Sequence record: PZ445530.1
Source of the DNA: a phage
DNA length: 64,000 bases
Direction: 5' to 3' (one strand)
Positions 9,968 to 18,748 of the stretch are shown here, piece by piece. Under the pieces are notes generated by a model, which searched no databases, was not told the origin of the DNA, and was given only the letters and a program-made list of their open reading frames with translations. Position numbers and translations under genes: made by a program. Each line of letters starts with the position of its first letter. Positions within the stretch are counted from its first letter, which is position 1.

Positions 9968-10393
9968 ATGATCTATGAAATGCCAAAACTGATTCGTGAC
10001 GATGCCCAAAACGCTAACACCATTATTATGGGCAAACGCATGGATATTATTTGTCATAAAGATTTCTGGGAAGGGAGTTACTTCACAGAGTATTTTGGTA
10101 AACTGGACAATGGTCTGCTGATCCAGTTCTACACCGATGCGGAAAACAATATCTGCTGGGAGTTCGAAACTGAAGATATCCATAAACTTTTCACCTTCCT
10201 AGGTATTAAGGTTGAGGCCAAGTTCGAAGAAGGTGAGTGCGACGATTGTGGATTCTACGAGGTAACAGATTTCTATCTCCCAAGTGGTGAGAACCTTTAC
10301 TATGAAAGCCACTTCGGTAACTCCAATATGCCACAGTGCTGGACTGAGTTTTTTGAAATTGCGGAAGAGGAGCTGGCATACCGTGATTATTGA
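9968..10393 (+). CDS. hypothetical protein
   Basis: ORF. Confidence 0.5.
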   Translation: MIYEMPKLIRDDAQNANTIIMGKRMDIICHKDFWEGSYFTEYFGKLDNGLLIQFYTDAENNICWEFETEDIHKLFTFLGIKVEAKFEEGECDDCGFYEVTDFYLPSGENLYYESHFGNSNMPQCWTEFFEIAEEELAYRDY

Positions 10394-10841
10394 TACTGTA
10401 GAGGGAGATTTAATCTCCCTTTTTAAGAGCGGTGCTGGTCACCTGATCCACGGTTGTAACTGCTTCCACACAATGGGCAAGGGGATAGCAAAACAGATTT
10501 CCCGTGAGTTCCCTCAAGCATTGGCAGCTGACAAAGAGACTAGATATGGTTGCCTAAGTAAACTGGGTGCGTTCTCCCGATGGGAGCACTTATCTCCGAG
10601 AGGTATTGTCTACGGAATCAATCTGTATACTCAGTTCTACCCAGGACCTAATGCTGAATATTTCTCAATTCTGAAAGGCTTTGAGCTAGTCAATGAGGTA
10701 TTCAGTAGATCGACTTTACCATTCTACATCCCTAAGATCGGGTGCGGCATAGGCGGTTTGAAGTGGGAGCACGTAGAGGACGTTATTAACCTTGCCACTT
10801 TTGATATGGATATTATCGTGGTAGACTACAAAAAGTGTTGA
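10383..10841 (+). CDS. Putative macro-domain (ADP-ribose binding/processing) protein
   Basis: Macro-like pattern VEGDLISL..HLIHGCNCFHTMGKGIAKQI and IPKIGCGIGGL; probable GTG start after SD gaggag. Confidence 0.45.
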   Translation: MIIDTVEGDLISLFKSGAGHLIHGCNCFHTMGKGIAKQISREFPQALAADKETRYGCLSKLGAFSRWEHLSPRGIVYGINLYTQFYPGPNAEYFSILKGFELVNEVFSRSTLPFYIPKIGCGIGGLKWEHVEDVINLATFDMDIIVVDYKKC

Positions 10842-10894
10842 CAGCTGGTTTTTGGGATGGTGTAGTCACCACAACGATTGAGATAGGGAGCACT

Positions 10895-11065
10895 ATGGAG
10901 ACTAAAATCTTAATTCTAGCTGTGATAGATACAACCGAAGGGGCTGTGTTCGAATCTGCAGGAGGGTATTTCTACCTACCCTACGGAAAAAGAACTGCTG
11001 AACCAGGTAAAGATTCAATCATCAAAGTGTTCCCGTGTGCTTTCTGGCTGGAGATTTTGGTATAA
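10895..11065 (+). CDS. hypothetical small protein
   Basis: ORF; SD gggag before ATG 10895. Confidence 0.35.
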   Translation: METKILILAVIDTTEGAVFESAGGYFYLPYGKRTAEPGKDSIIKVFPCAFWLEILV

Positions 11066-11091
11066 GATTGCAGAGGATTTGGGAGAGAATT

Positions 11092-11286
11092 ATGAGAAAC
11101 AAGAGAGAGCTTTACTCTGGCGAGTGGATAAACGATCAACAGGTTGGAGAGGTAACCTGCTTCCGGTGTTTTACTCGGTACAATCTTAAAACTGCACCAA
11201 AAAGTATTCCAAAGACTGATGGTTATTACATAAAAGAACCTCATTGCCCGAAATGTAAATGCCGATTATACTGGAGCAACCTGTAA
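11092..11286 (+). CDS. Small zinc-ribbon protein
   Basis: CFRC ... CPKCKC cysteine pairs; SD gggagag upstream. Confidence 0.4.
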   Translation: MRNKRELYSGEWINDQQVGEVTCFRCFTRYNLKTAPKSIPKTDGYYIKEPHCPKCKCRLYWSNL

Positions 11287-11290
11287 AAGA

Positions 11291-11318
11291 TTGACATCTG
11301 AAAACTACAGTGTATAAT
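11291..11318 (+). promoter_or_regulatory. Consensus sigma70-type promoter
   Basis: ttgaca - 16 nt - tataat (perfect hexamers). Confidence 0.6.
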
Positions 11319-11349
11319 ATACGCACAGACTAACAGAGAGCGATGTATT

Positions 11350-11541
11350 ATGGTAATTTTTAACCGGGATGGTATCATAGTTAGACAGCACCCCTTCCTT
11401 GAATACTATCAAATTGAGCAATGGTGCTACGGGGATTGCAGTCACTCCTATGGGCAAAGTTGGGGATATCGCACAGTTTTTGAATCAACAGACCTTGACA
11501 AAGTAAGACAGAAAGTTTTAGAACTTATTAACAACAAGTGA
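11350..11541 (+). CDS. hypothetical protein
   Basis: ORF downstream of consensus promoter. Confidence 0.45.
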   Translation: MVIFNRDGIIVRQHPFLEYYQIEQWCYGDCSHSYGQSWGYRTVFESTDLDKVRQKVLELINNK

Positions 11542-11550
11542 GTATGATAC

Positions 11551-11883
11551 ATGGTAACATTAGAAAGACGTAAAGCTATCGCCGCCACACTGGCAGACAT
11601 CTTTTGGGATTGCAACTTAAAAGATACCCGAAATTGTGGCGCATCTGTAGATGTATTATTCCCACGGCCCACCATTGTTGCAATGGGAAACCTGTTAAAC
11701 GTAGTGTACGGAGCATGGGACAAAGAAGGTGGATTCTATATCTGGCAACCTGACTACGGAGCCTGGAAAGAGGTAAGGGGTGCGGATGACTTTGGGCCTA
11801 CAGTTGCTAAGATGGATGGCTGGGAAATTTATGTTGGAAACGACATGAAGCTGAAAGGCGAGATTGTTTACTGGTTACCTTAA
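11551..11883 (+). CDS. hypothetical protein
   Basis: ORF. Confidence 0.5.
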   Translation: MVTLERRKAIAATLADIFWDCNLKDTRNCGASVDVLFPRPTIVAMGNLLNVVYGAWDKEGGFYIWQPDYGAWKEVRGADDFGPTVAKMDGWEIYVGNDMKLKGEIVYWLP

Positions 11884-11903
11884 GAAAGTGCAGGAGATAA
11901 AGT

Positions 11904-12149
11904 ATGAACAAAGGGTGGACATTTGTAGACGGCGTTAAAAACATGCCTCTAGGAAAGTATATCGTAGCCATGGCTGATGAGGATGGCAATGTAGATTTCG
12001 GAGCTTGCGAGGTTGTTCTTGCAGGATCTGGTAACTATGTGAGTAAAACCGGGATAATTAACGGTCAGTTCTACTTTGATCACAACCCTGTTGTAGCGTA
12101 TATGACTATGCCAGAGTTCAAGTTCCCAAAGGAGGGTGCAGATGTTTAA
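11904..12149 (+). CDS. hypothetical protein
   Basis: ORF; SD caggag upstream. Confidence 0.5.
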   Translation: MNKGWTFVDGVKNMPLGKYIVAMADEDGNVDFGACEVVLAGSGNYVSKTGIINGQFYFDHNPVVAYMTMPEFKFPKEGADV

Positions 12150-12339
12150 GCTTAAATCTGCATGGAACATCGCTGTGGGGGACGAGATCCGTATCCCAGG
12201 TGGAAAGACCATTATGAAGATATCTCGTATTGAGTACGAAGGTGACCGTGTATTCCACATCCTCGCAGAAGATGGTCGAGAAATTTATATACAGGCAGGT
12301 TCTCACATTTATATCCGTAAGAAAGGGGACGACAAATGA
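12142..12339 (+). CDS. hypothetical protein
   Basis: ORF; SD aaggaggg before ATG 12142. Confidence 0.45.
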   Translation: MFKLKSAWNIAVGDEIRIPGGKTIMKISRIEYEGDRVFHILAEDGREIYIQAGSHIYIRKKGDDK

Positions 12340-12665
12340 CAGAGATCATCATTTCAACTGCAGGGTATGTGTTCCTGACAATCATTGCACTGACTATTTT
12401 GGTGACAGTGTATGGGTTTGTTATCCTTCCTATCCTTGAGACATTTAGTTTGTGTCGGTGTTGGAGAAAAGCTTACGGTCCACAACCATGGAAGGACTGG
12501 CCCCACCTGGTGCGCTTAGCGTTCTCTTATGCTTACGATCACTCCAGTAGTGCATGCATAACCGGATACCACGCCCACAACTGGAGCTGGGAAGGATTGA
12601 GGAAATGGAATGTTACAAAGACCATACCTCTACGCATGTACAAACCTAAAAACAAAGACAGCTGA
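12336..12665 (+). CDS. Small membrane protein
   Basis: Hydrophobic N-terminal segment; SD aaagggga upstream. Confidence 0.5.
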   Translation: MTEIIISTAGYVFLTIIALTILVTVYGFVILPILETFSLCRCWRKAYGPQPWKDWPHLVRLAFSYAYDHSSSACITGYHAHNWSWEGLRKWNVTKTIPLRMYKPKNKDS

Positions 12666-12699
12666 TACTTGAAAATTCCTGGCATATCAAGTGTAAGGG

Positions 12700-13260
12700 G
12701 GATTTCTAAAATGGATTTCCTCCTTTTGATATTTCACCGGGCTGGATATTTTAAAATTCTTAGAAAATCAGAAAATGGATCGAAAACTAAAATGGATTTT
12801 TCAGAGTAGGCGCGACAAGCTGAATAACTCATCCTATCGTTTGCACCATATTCCAGGCCACCATTATAGATTTTCCACACATGCTAACCTCCCTCTACTA
12901 GAACTTCCTCCACTTGCCCTTAACCTTCTATGGTAACAATCTAACCACTATCTTGAAGTTGCGGTGCAGCTTTCCAAGTACTCGATCTGTTTTTCATTTC
13001 ATGGCTTGGATTTTCTGAAAATTTTTCTCGATAAATTTCTCAGTACTCGATCTGTTTTTCGTTTTCTGAATCGGATTTTCTGGAAATCGTTCCGGATCTC
13101 GACCTGAAATTTTTGGGGACGAAATCGATTTTTCGTTTTCAGAAATGGATTTTTAAAATTTCTATATGGGAATATTTTATGGGATACTGTTTTATAGGAA
13201 ATTGTTACGGAGGGTAATTAGCATGCTAATTAAATTTATTAAATGCGAGGAGTTCTCATT
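12700..13260. repeat. Iteron-rich non-coding region (candidate origin/regulatory region)
   Basis: Repeated aaatggat(t) and ggattttctg motifs; direct repeat cagtactcgatctgtttttc x2; perfect palindrome taattagcatgctaatta at 13219-13236; no plausible ORF. Confidence 0.5.
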
Positions 13261-13269
13261 TAGAATTTT

Positions 13270-13286
13270 GAATGATAATCATTCTC
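13270..13286. promoter_or_regulatory. Fur-box-like palindrome (copy 1)
   Basis: gaatgataatcattctc, 15 of 17 match to GATAATGATAATCATTATC core. Confidence 0.35.
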
Positions 13287-13403
13287 GTTTGCAGAATAAC
13301 GGGCAGGCCCGGTGATTGTCTCCCGGCCCCTGTTGCCCCGGCTTGTTATTATAGTATCACACAGGACAAAGAAAGCAAGGATTTTTTGCATAAATTTTTA
13401 AAT

Positions 13404-13422
13404 GATAATGATAACCGTTCTC
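13404..13422. promoter_or_regulatory. Fur-box-like motif (copy 2)
   Basis: gataatgataaccgttctc, 16 of 19 match to Fur consensus; followed by GC-rich element similar to that after copy 1. Confidence 0.3.
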
Positions 13423-13693
13423 ATTTTATGCAGCGCCCATCCCCGGTGGTTGTCTTCCCCGTCACCGGTGCCTGCCGTCCTTTCGATAGGTATATTGTGC
13501 CACCTGGCGGGGCCGCTGTCAACACTTTTCAAAAAATTTTTCTAACCTGATGCGCTAACCGCTGCAACCTGGCGGGGCCAGCCTGGCAGGACCTAACTGA
13601 CCAGGTAGGAGAGAATGAAGGCTTGTAAACCTGGTGGGCCTATGCTATAGGACAGGTAACAATTGAAGAGGAGGTACAAAAATAAAAGGTAAT

Positions 13694-13852
13694 ATGATCC
13701 CCCTGGAAAATGTAGCTATTAATGACGCTGAGGCTATCGCCCTGGTTGAAAAGGCCATGGCGGGAGCGTTGGAACATAAAGAAGAGTACGAAAAAATGAT
13801 GGTTAACCTGGCAGGGCGGCGGCAGGTGGATTCTATCATAAAAATAATTTAA
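13694..13852 (+). CDS. hypothetical small protein (52 aa)
   Basis: Short ORF below track cutoff; weak SD. Confidence 0.3.
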   Translation: MIPLENVAINDAEAIALVEKAMAGALEHKEEYEKMMVNLAGRRQVDSIIKII

Positions 13853-13940
13853 AATAATTGTTGACAACCGGGGGAGTCCTGCTATTCTTACCCTACAAGG
13901 TGAACAACACCGCACTAACTAGTAAAGAGGATAAAAAATC

Positions 13941-14138
13941 ATGAACGCATACGGAATCAAAGTACGTCGCAACACTCGCCAGGTGGTCACCGATCAAGTG
14001 GTTTGCCTGGTGGATGTAACCATCAACAACGGGCAAGGCCTTTATAAATTTCGTCGCGGTCATAGCTATACCCTGCAACAGCTTAATCGTTGCGCCCTGA
14101 CAAAAGGTCAGATCAATCACTGGTTTAATAAAAAATAA
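13941..14138 (+). CDS. hypothetical small protein
   Basis: SD aagagga; promoter-like ttgaca upstream. Confidence 0.5.
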   Translation: MNAYGIKVRRNTRQVVTDQVVCLVDVTINNGQGLYKFRRGHSYTLQQLNRCALTKGQINHWFNKK

Positions 14139-14142
14139 GTAT

Positions 14143-14170
14143 TGACATACGCCCCGACACAAAATATACT
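14143..14170 (+). promoter_or_regulatory. sigma70-type promoter
   Basis: ttgaca - 16 nt - tatact. Confidence 0.55.
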
Positions 14171-14202
14171 GAAATCACAAAAGACACTAAGAGGATAAAA
14201 TC

Positions 14203-14601
14203 ATGAAAACCACAACCTTTAATTTTGACAATGCCGACTTCTCTTTTTCTGATGTCAAGAACTGCCGCCGTGATCGTGGATTTTACAAGGCTTATAATCT
14301 GGTTGGCCTGGACGATGATAATAATTTGCACGAAGTAGCGGAGATCCGGTACTATGCCGCCGCCAGCGGTAACACTAACTACTGCGTTTTTTGGATACAC
14401 GACAACAAGAACAATAAGTACGGTTATACTGGCGGCAAGGCGAGCGGTCACGGTTATGATAAAGCTAACGCAGCACTTGAGAGCGCATTAAATGCTATGG
14501 GGATCACTGCCAACGGCTGGATCTACGAAGAAGAGTTTTTGTCGGCACTTGCTGACCACCTAGGCTATAAAAAGCACATTGTAACATGTGCCCACGAATA
14601 A
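14203..14601 (+). CDS. hypothetical protein
   Basis: SD aagagga; own promoter. Confidence 0.55.
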   Translation: MKTTTFNFDNADFSFSDVKNCRRDRGFYKAYNLVGLDDDNNLHEVAEIRYYAAASGNTNYCVFWIHDNKNNKYGYTGGKASGHGYDKANAALESALNAMGITANGWIYEEEFLSALADHLGYKKHIVTCAHE

Positions 14602-14608
14602 AAAATTA

Positions 14609-14636
14609 TTGACACGCTGCAAAATTCAAGTAAACT
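14609..14636 (+). promoter_or_regulatory. sigma70-type promoter
   Basis: ttgaca - 16 nt - taaact, followed by 5'-UTR hairpin ggcggg-gatgttt-cccgcc. Confidence 0.5.
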
Positions 14637-14684
14637 AGACACAAAAGGCGGGGATGTTTCCCGCCAGCACAAAGGAAAAAGATC

Positions 14685-15089
14685 ATGAATAAGAACGTAC
14701 GCCGCATCATGAACGAACTGGCAAACGATGAAAAAATTATTGACATGCATTTATTCAACATTTGCCGCCGTTGTGTAACATATAACAACCGCGCCGCAAA
14801 AGCGCGTGAGATGAACGCAAAAGGCACCTTAAAGCCATTCCAGGTGGTGGTAAAGGCCATTAAAGATGTAACTAATACGGCAAACCAGGTACAGGGGAAC
14901 ACCAACGAGAGTACCAATATTGATCCGGCTTACATCATGAAACGGATCCGGACCTGCAAGAACAAAGAGCAAGTGTATAATATCATAGACTGGTTGGATT
15001 CTATGGGCGATGTGGTTTACAATAGGTTTTCTGCAGCTATCGAGATCCAGCTTGACAGGTTGGACGGTAAAGTACTGAAAACTTACTAA
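14685..15089 (+). CDS. hypothetical protein
   Basis: SD aaaggaaa; own promoter and leader hairpin. Confidence 0.55.
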   Translation: MNKNVRRIMNELANDEKIIDMHLFNICRRCVTYNNRAAKAREMNAKGTLKPFQVVVKAIKDVTNTANQVQGNTNESTNIDPAYIMKRIRTCKNKEQVYNIIDWLDSMGDVVYNRFSAAIEIQLDRLDGKVLKTY

Positions 15090-15137
15090 GTTTATTTTTA
15101 GATGGCCTTGACTTCAGGGCCATCAATAAAGTAAACT
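15090..15137 (+). promoter_or_regulatory. Hairpin-embedded promoter/operator unit (copy 1)
   Basis: tttattttta + gatggcc-ttgacttcag-ggccatc palindrome containing ttgact, then taaact 18 nt downstream. Confidence 0.5.
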
Positions 15138-15170
15138 AATCTCAACTAAGCGAAAAAAGGGGGCTTTAAG

Positions 15171-15290
15171 ATGAGCACTACACGCCAATACACAAAGGTA
15201 ACTATTATCGTTTGCGTTGTCGGTTACATCCTGGCGCAAATGTTAATGAGTAGCGCTAACAGTTTTGCAAAATTTTTCTTAAATTTTTAA
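15171..15290 (+). CDS. Small hydrophobic peptide (39 aa)
   Basis: SD aaaagggggc before ATG; hydrophobic core VTIIVCVVGYILAQML. Confidence 0.35.
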   Translation: MSTTRQYTKVTIIVCVVGYILAQMLMSSANSFAKFFLNF

Positions 15291-15369
15291 TTGACAAACT
15301 AACTTAGATCGATATACTTAAACACGTAAACGGGAAAACTTCCCAGAGCACACAAAAGGAGAAAACACC

Positions 15370-15711
15370 ATGACTACTATGACCGCCGCAGAAAAAGCTA
15401 TGCAGATCGCCGCGCTGAAAAAACAGATCGCAGACCTTGAGAACAAGATCGACAACTTTGAAATCGACGAGGACAAGTACGACGAAAACTATGATGAATG
15501 GTTAGACGAGATCTACGGCGAAATTATGATCGGAAACATTTCTTTTCTTCCGTCGCGTATCCTCAAGGAGCTAGATCCTATCGCTTACCGCTGCGGATTT
15601 AGCGACTACATCGACAGCCTGGATATTGAGGAAGATGAAGAATACCAGGAACTACAGACAGAGTTAGAAGAAGCAAAAGAAGAGCTTGCGGAGCTGGAAG
15701 AAAACGAGTAA
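15370..15711 (+). CDS. hypothetical acidic protein
   Basis: SD aaaggag; upstream promoter ttgaca and leader hairpin. Confidence 0.55.
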   Translation: MTTMTAAEKAMQIAALKKQIADLENKIDNFEIDEDKYDENYDEWLDEIYGEIMIGNISFLPSRILKELDPIAYRCGFSDYIDSLDIEEDEEYQELQTELEEAKEELAELEENE

Positions 15712-15759
15712 GATTATTTTTAGATGGCCTTGACTCCAGGGCCATCAATAAAGTAAACT
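15712..15759 (+). promoter_or_regulatory. Hairpin-embedded promoter/operator unit (copy 2)
   Basis: Near-identical to copy 1: gatggcc-ttgactccag-ggccatc + aataaagtaaact. Confidence 0.5.
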
Positions 15760-15800
15760 TTATACTGTTAACACTGAACTAATTCAGAGGAGTTAAAACC

Positions 15801-16046
15801 ATGGCAGCACTAATCACCAAATATTATGCCCCTACCAACACCAAAAGCGCCCGTATCATGGTAAAAGGCTTCGGACGTAAAAAGGTTTACACCTGGGATT
15901 ATGCCTTAGACATGGAAGACAACTACACCAACGCGATGACCGATTTTATTAATGATCTGAACACGCGGATCTTGACAAATTATAAAATTACCGATATTGC
16001 CTATATAGGGGAAGGCGGGATCTGTTTTGTCGGTATCGTCAAATAA
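15801..16046 (+). CDS. hypothetical protein
   Basis: SD agaggag. Confidence 0.5.
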   Translation: MAALITKYYAPTNTKSARIMVKGFGRKKVYTWDYALDMEDNYTNAMTDFINDLNTRILTNYKITDIAYIGEGGICFVGIVK

Positions 16047-16095
16047 GCTGTTTTTTCGGTGGTCCTGGTAGCAGGGCCATCTATAAAGATAGTTT
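16047..16095 (+). promoter_or_regulatory. Variant hairpin-promoter unit
   Basis: ttttttcggtggtcctg-gtag-cagggccatc + tataaagat; diverged copy of the 15090 unit. Confidence 0.35.
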
Positions 16096-16121
16096 ATCAA
16101 CACAATGAAAGGAGAAAGTAC

Positions 16122-16469
16122 ATGATCAGCGGGGCAAGTTTTATTATTGGCGCTATTGCTACGGCTTTAATTGTAAACAAGATCCAATCTAAAAACGAAA
16201 AAGAGAGCAACGCGCTCACAGAATACCCATTTTGGGTATTCAACGACAATGAAGACTACATTATCAAGTACAAGAATGAGAAGGGCGACCAGGTAACACC
16301 GCGACCGATCCCGGCCTACAAGATGCAAGAAACACTATACCGCCTAAAGGCTGGAGGCGCAAAAATCGTAGACTTTTGGGGATATGATTGCAAGGATCAG
16401 GAGGTTATAAAACGGCGTATCCGGGCTATTCAGGCCAATATTGAAGTTAGCAAGGGGGGGAATATATGA
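16122..16469 (+). CDS. hypothetical protein with N-terminal membrane anchor
   Basis: SD aaaggag before ATG 16122; hydrophobic N-terminus. Confidence 0.5.
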   Translation: MISGASFIIGAIATALIVNKIQSKNEKESNALTEYPFWVFNDNEDYIIKYKNEKGDQVTPRPIPAYKMQETLYRLKAGGAKIVDFWGYDCKDQEVIKRRIRAIQANIEVSKGGNI

Positions 16470-16663
16470 AGATTAATTTTGAGAAGATTGTAAAGCGATC
16501 TCATGATTCCGAAGAGCTGCCGGAACGACGCCAACGTAACAATAAACTGAATAAGCCAAAAAGATTTGGAAAGATCTGGCGAAATCATTATGATCGTAAA
16601 TTGCCTGGCCTACTTTTGGAACGTGAACGACAGGCAGAACGATACCGCCATAAAGACAAATAA
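16466..16663 (+). CDS. Small basic protein
   Basis: SD aagggggg; Arg/Lys-rich. Confidence 0.5.
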   Translation: MKINFEKIVKRSHDSEELPERRQRNNKLNKPKRFGKIWRNHYDRKLPGLLLERERQAERYRHKDK

Positions 16664-16671
16664 CAACCAAC

Positions 16672-16701
16672 GCCCCCGCCATTGTGCGGGGCTTTTTATT
16701 T
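16672..16701 (+). terminator. Intrinsic terminator
   Basis: ccccgc-cattgt-gcgggg hairpin followed by ctttttattt. Confidence 0.6.
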
Positions 16702-16822
16702 CTATCCTACGAATAGCGCCCCTGGTTGGCCCTGTAAGCGCCAAAAAGGCCCCACCTATGCAATCGCCCCCTTTAACCTGAAAACATCGCCCAGGGCCGT
16801 TTCATGGCGTTAAAAATATCAT

Positions 16823-16850
16823 TGACATCGTCAACAGGTTAGCTATACTA
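16823..16850 (+). promoter_or_regulatory. sigma70-type promoter
   Basis: ttgaca - 16 nt - tatact. Confidence 0.55.
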
Positions 16851-16881
16851 ACCACATCAAAGAGAGAAAGGAGTAAACGCC

Positions 16882-17142
16882 ATGCGTAAATTAAAAAATT
16901 TTGATAAAGTTGATGTTGTCCTGAATAATTTTTACTACTGCAACAACAAGGCCATTTGGTGGCGTGATAGTTCCACCGATAAAGTCAAGGCGCGCTTTCT
17001 CCAGGGGCACTGGCAAGGCCGCCCAGTGATTAAAATCATGGGGCAATTGGTAGCGTTTAAAAATTGCCGCCGTGTTGATGACGTTGAGGAGATTTTAAAC
17101 ATTTTGCGCCACAATAATTTAAAAAATAGTGTTGACAAGTAA
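16882..17142 (+). CDS. hypothetical protein
   Basis: SD aaaggag. Confidence 0.5.
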   Translation: MRKLKNFDKVDVVLNNFYYCNNKAIWWRDSSTDKVKARFLQGHWQGRPVIKIMGQLVAFKNCRRVDDVEEILNILRHNNLKNSVDK

Positions 17143-17216
17143 ATCTCAATAAGTATAATTAAACACACAGGCGGGAAAACTTACCGCCACTAACAAAGAA
17201 AACAGGAGAAAATATC

Positions 17217-17297
17217 ATGACCACCGTTAACATTACCACAGGTTACAATTTATCTTTCGACGTGCTGACCGATGAACAAAAAAGAAAAAGCTATTGA
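17217..17297 (+). CDS. Short leader ORF (26 aa) at the canonical cassette start, out of frame with the downstream long ORF
   Basis: Promoter ttgaca..tataat, leader hairpin ggcgg-gaaaactta-ccgcc and SD caggag all point to ATG 17217; frame ends at TGA 17295-17297 after an A6 run. Confidence 0.3.
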   Translation: MTTVNITTGYNLSFDVLTDEQKRKSY

Positions 17298-17841
17298 AAT
17301 GGTCCGCGAAAGAGAAGAACACAGCGGGGATAACTTTTTTGCAGAAAGTGTAATTGAAGACTACAAAGAACATATCTTTCCAGAGTATGGCCTTGAAGAT
17401 ACCAAGGTACATTGGTCCGGCTTTTGGTGCCAGGGCGACGGCGCGTCAATCAGTGCGGAAAACGTGGATTTAGAAAAATTCTTGCGTAAAGTCAAGTCTC
17501 TGACTAAATTCCGCTCAATTCGTCACTTGTTCGGCACAATGCACGATGGCGAGCTATCCGCAAGTGTTGAGCGTGATCCATATAGCCGCTATAGTCACGA
17601 AAACACTGTAAGCGGGTACATCGATACTACATGGCTAGACCTGACAGCCAAGCAAGAAAGTAAGGTTGAAGAGCTGGAAGAGTTGATCACCGAGAACGTA
17701 CGGGAACTATCCCGCAAGGTTTACGTAGACCTGGAGCAAGCTTATCTTGAACAATTTACTACCGAAAACCTGATCGGCCTTATCGAGGCCAATGATTGGC
17801 GGTTTGATGTGGATGAATATGGAGAGATGAGTTTTTCATAA
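17272..17841 (+). CDS. hypothetical protein (start uncertain: 17272, 17299 via TGAAATG coupling, or 17217 if the A6 run is an indel)
   Basis: Long ORF; no SD of its own at 17272. Confidence 0.45.
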   Translation: MNKKEKAIEMVREREEHSGDNFFAESVIEDYKEHIFPEYGLEDTKVHWSGFWCQGDGASISAENVDLEKFLRKVKSLTKFRSIRHLFGTMHDGELSASVERDPYSRYSHENTVSGYIDTTWLDLTAKQESKVEELEELITENVRELSRKVYVDLEQAYLEQFTTENLIGLIEANDWRFDVDEYGEMSFS

Positions 17842-17931
17842 ATAAAGTGTTGCAATAATCTAAAAACCTGCTATATTAAAACTCAAGGGGCAAGACGTTT
17901 GCCCCCCACACAAAACAAAGAGGAAAACATC

Positions 17932-18312
17932 ATGAAAAACACTACTAAAGCTATTGACACCGTCATGTTTAACCTGGTTACCTTTCGCGAGGATATGAAA
18001 GATCTTCCACGTGAAACAGTGTGCGATCACATTGAAAACTATCGCAAACTAATCAAAGAGTTGCCTTTAAAACGTGATCAGTATGCGGCTAACGCCATGC
18101 TTAATGCCATGATCAAAAAGATGATCCAGTGTGATTTAACTCTGGCCTATGACTATGCGGGTGGTCGTTTTGCAGTATACAATCAGCCCGTGCCCGGTAT
18201 GGGCACCACCGAAGAATTGCACGCGTTAAATCTGAAGCAAGATGTATGGGATAACATGCCCCGCGTGGTGGTGTGGGCAGAAAGCGGAAAGATTTACGGC
18301 GATAATTTTTAA
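17932..18312 (+). CDS. hypothetical protein
   Basis: SD aagagga; leader hairpin ggggcaa-gacg-tttgcccc. Confidence 0.55.
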   Translation: MKNTTKAIDTVMFNLVTFREDMKDLPRETVCDHIENYRKLIKELPLKRDQYAANAMLNAMIKKMIQCDLTLAYDYAGGRFAVYNQPVPGMGTTEELHALNLKQDVWDNMPRVVVWAESGKIYGDNF

Positions 18313-18376
18313 TCAGGTAACAGGCGGCATATTTGCCGCCTTATTGTTAAACAGAGCTGCAAAAGAGGTACATAGA

Positions 18377-18748
18377 ATGGAATTTATTATTTTGGCTGTA
18401 GTAGTTGCCTTGTTCAACGCCTGGATAGCTGGCAAAATAGGTAGATCCGCTTTTCTATGGTTTGTTATATCTATTTTCCTGGGAGTGGTTGCAACCATTG
18501 TACTAGTTATCCTTGCAATTGTTGACAAGGATAATAATAAGAAGGGTAAAGTATTTTCCGACCTGTATGACGCCCAAACTTTTGTTAACGCCTATTATAG
18601 TGATCTTCCGGTCTCCTTGCGCTGCAGCCTGGCGCAACAAGTTTTTGATGAGGCTAAAACCAGAGATCAAGCCCATGAGATATGTTTAACTGAGGCGGAT
18701 CGCCTATTTGAGAGGAATAGAAAATATGTGGGCCAGCCGTTTAAATAA
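18377..18748 (+). CDS. Membrane protein (two predicted TM segments)
   Basis: SD aaagagg before ATG 18377; hydrophobic stretches. Confidence 0.5.
   Translation: MEFIILAVVVALFNAWIAGKIGRSAFLWFVISIFLGVVATIVLVILAIVDKDNNKKGKVFSDLYDAQTFVNAYYSDLPVSLRCSLAQQVFDEAKTRDQAHEICLTEADRLFERNRKYVGQPFK

Noticed and set aside
13272-13550. 92-aa ORF in the Fur-box region
   Set aside because: Its start codon sits inside the Fur-box-like palindrome, it has no SD, and it spans GC-rich hairpin repeats; more likely non-coding regulatory or sRNA sequence.
15090-15137. Hairpin units read as rho-independent terminators
   Set aside because: The T-run lies upstream of the stem on the plus strand and an A-run follows it on the minus strand, so neither orientation gives hairpin plus downstream U-tract; a promoter/operator or RNA-processing element fits better.
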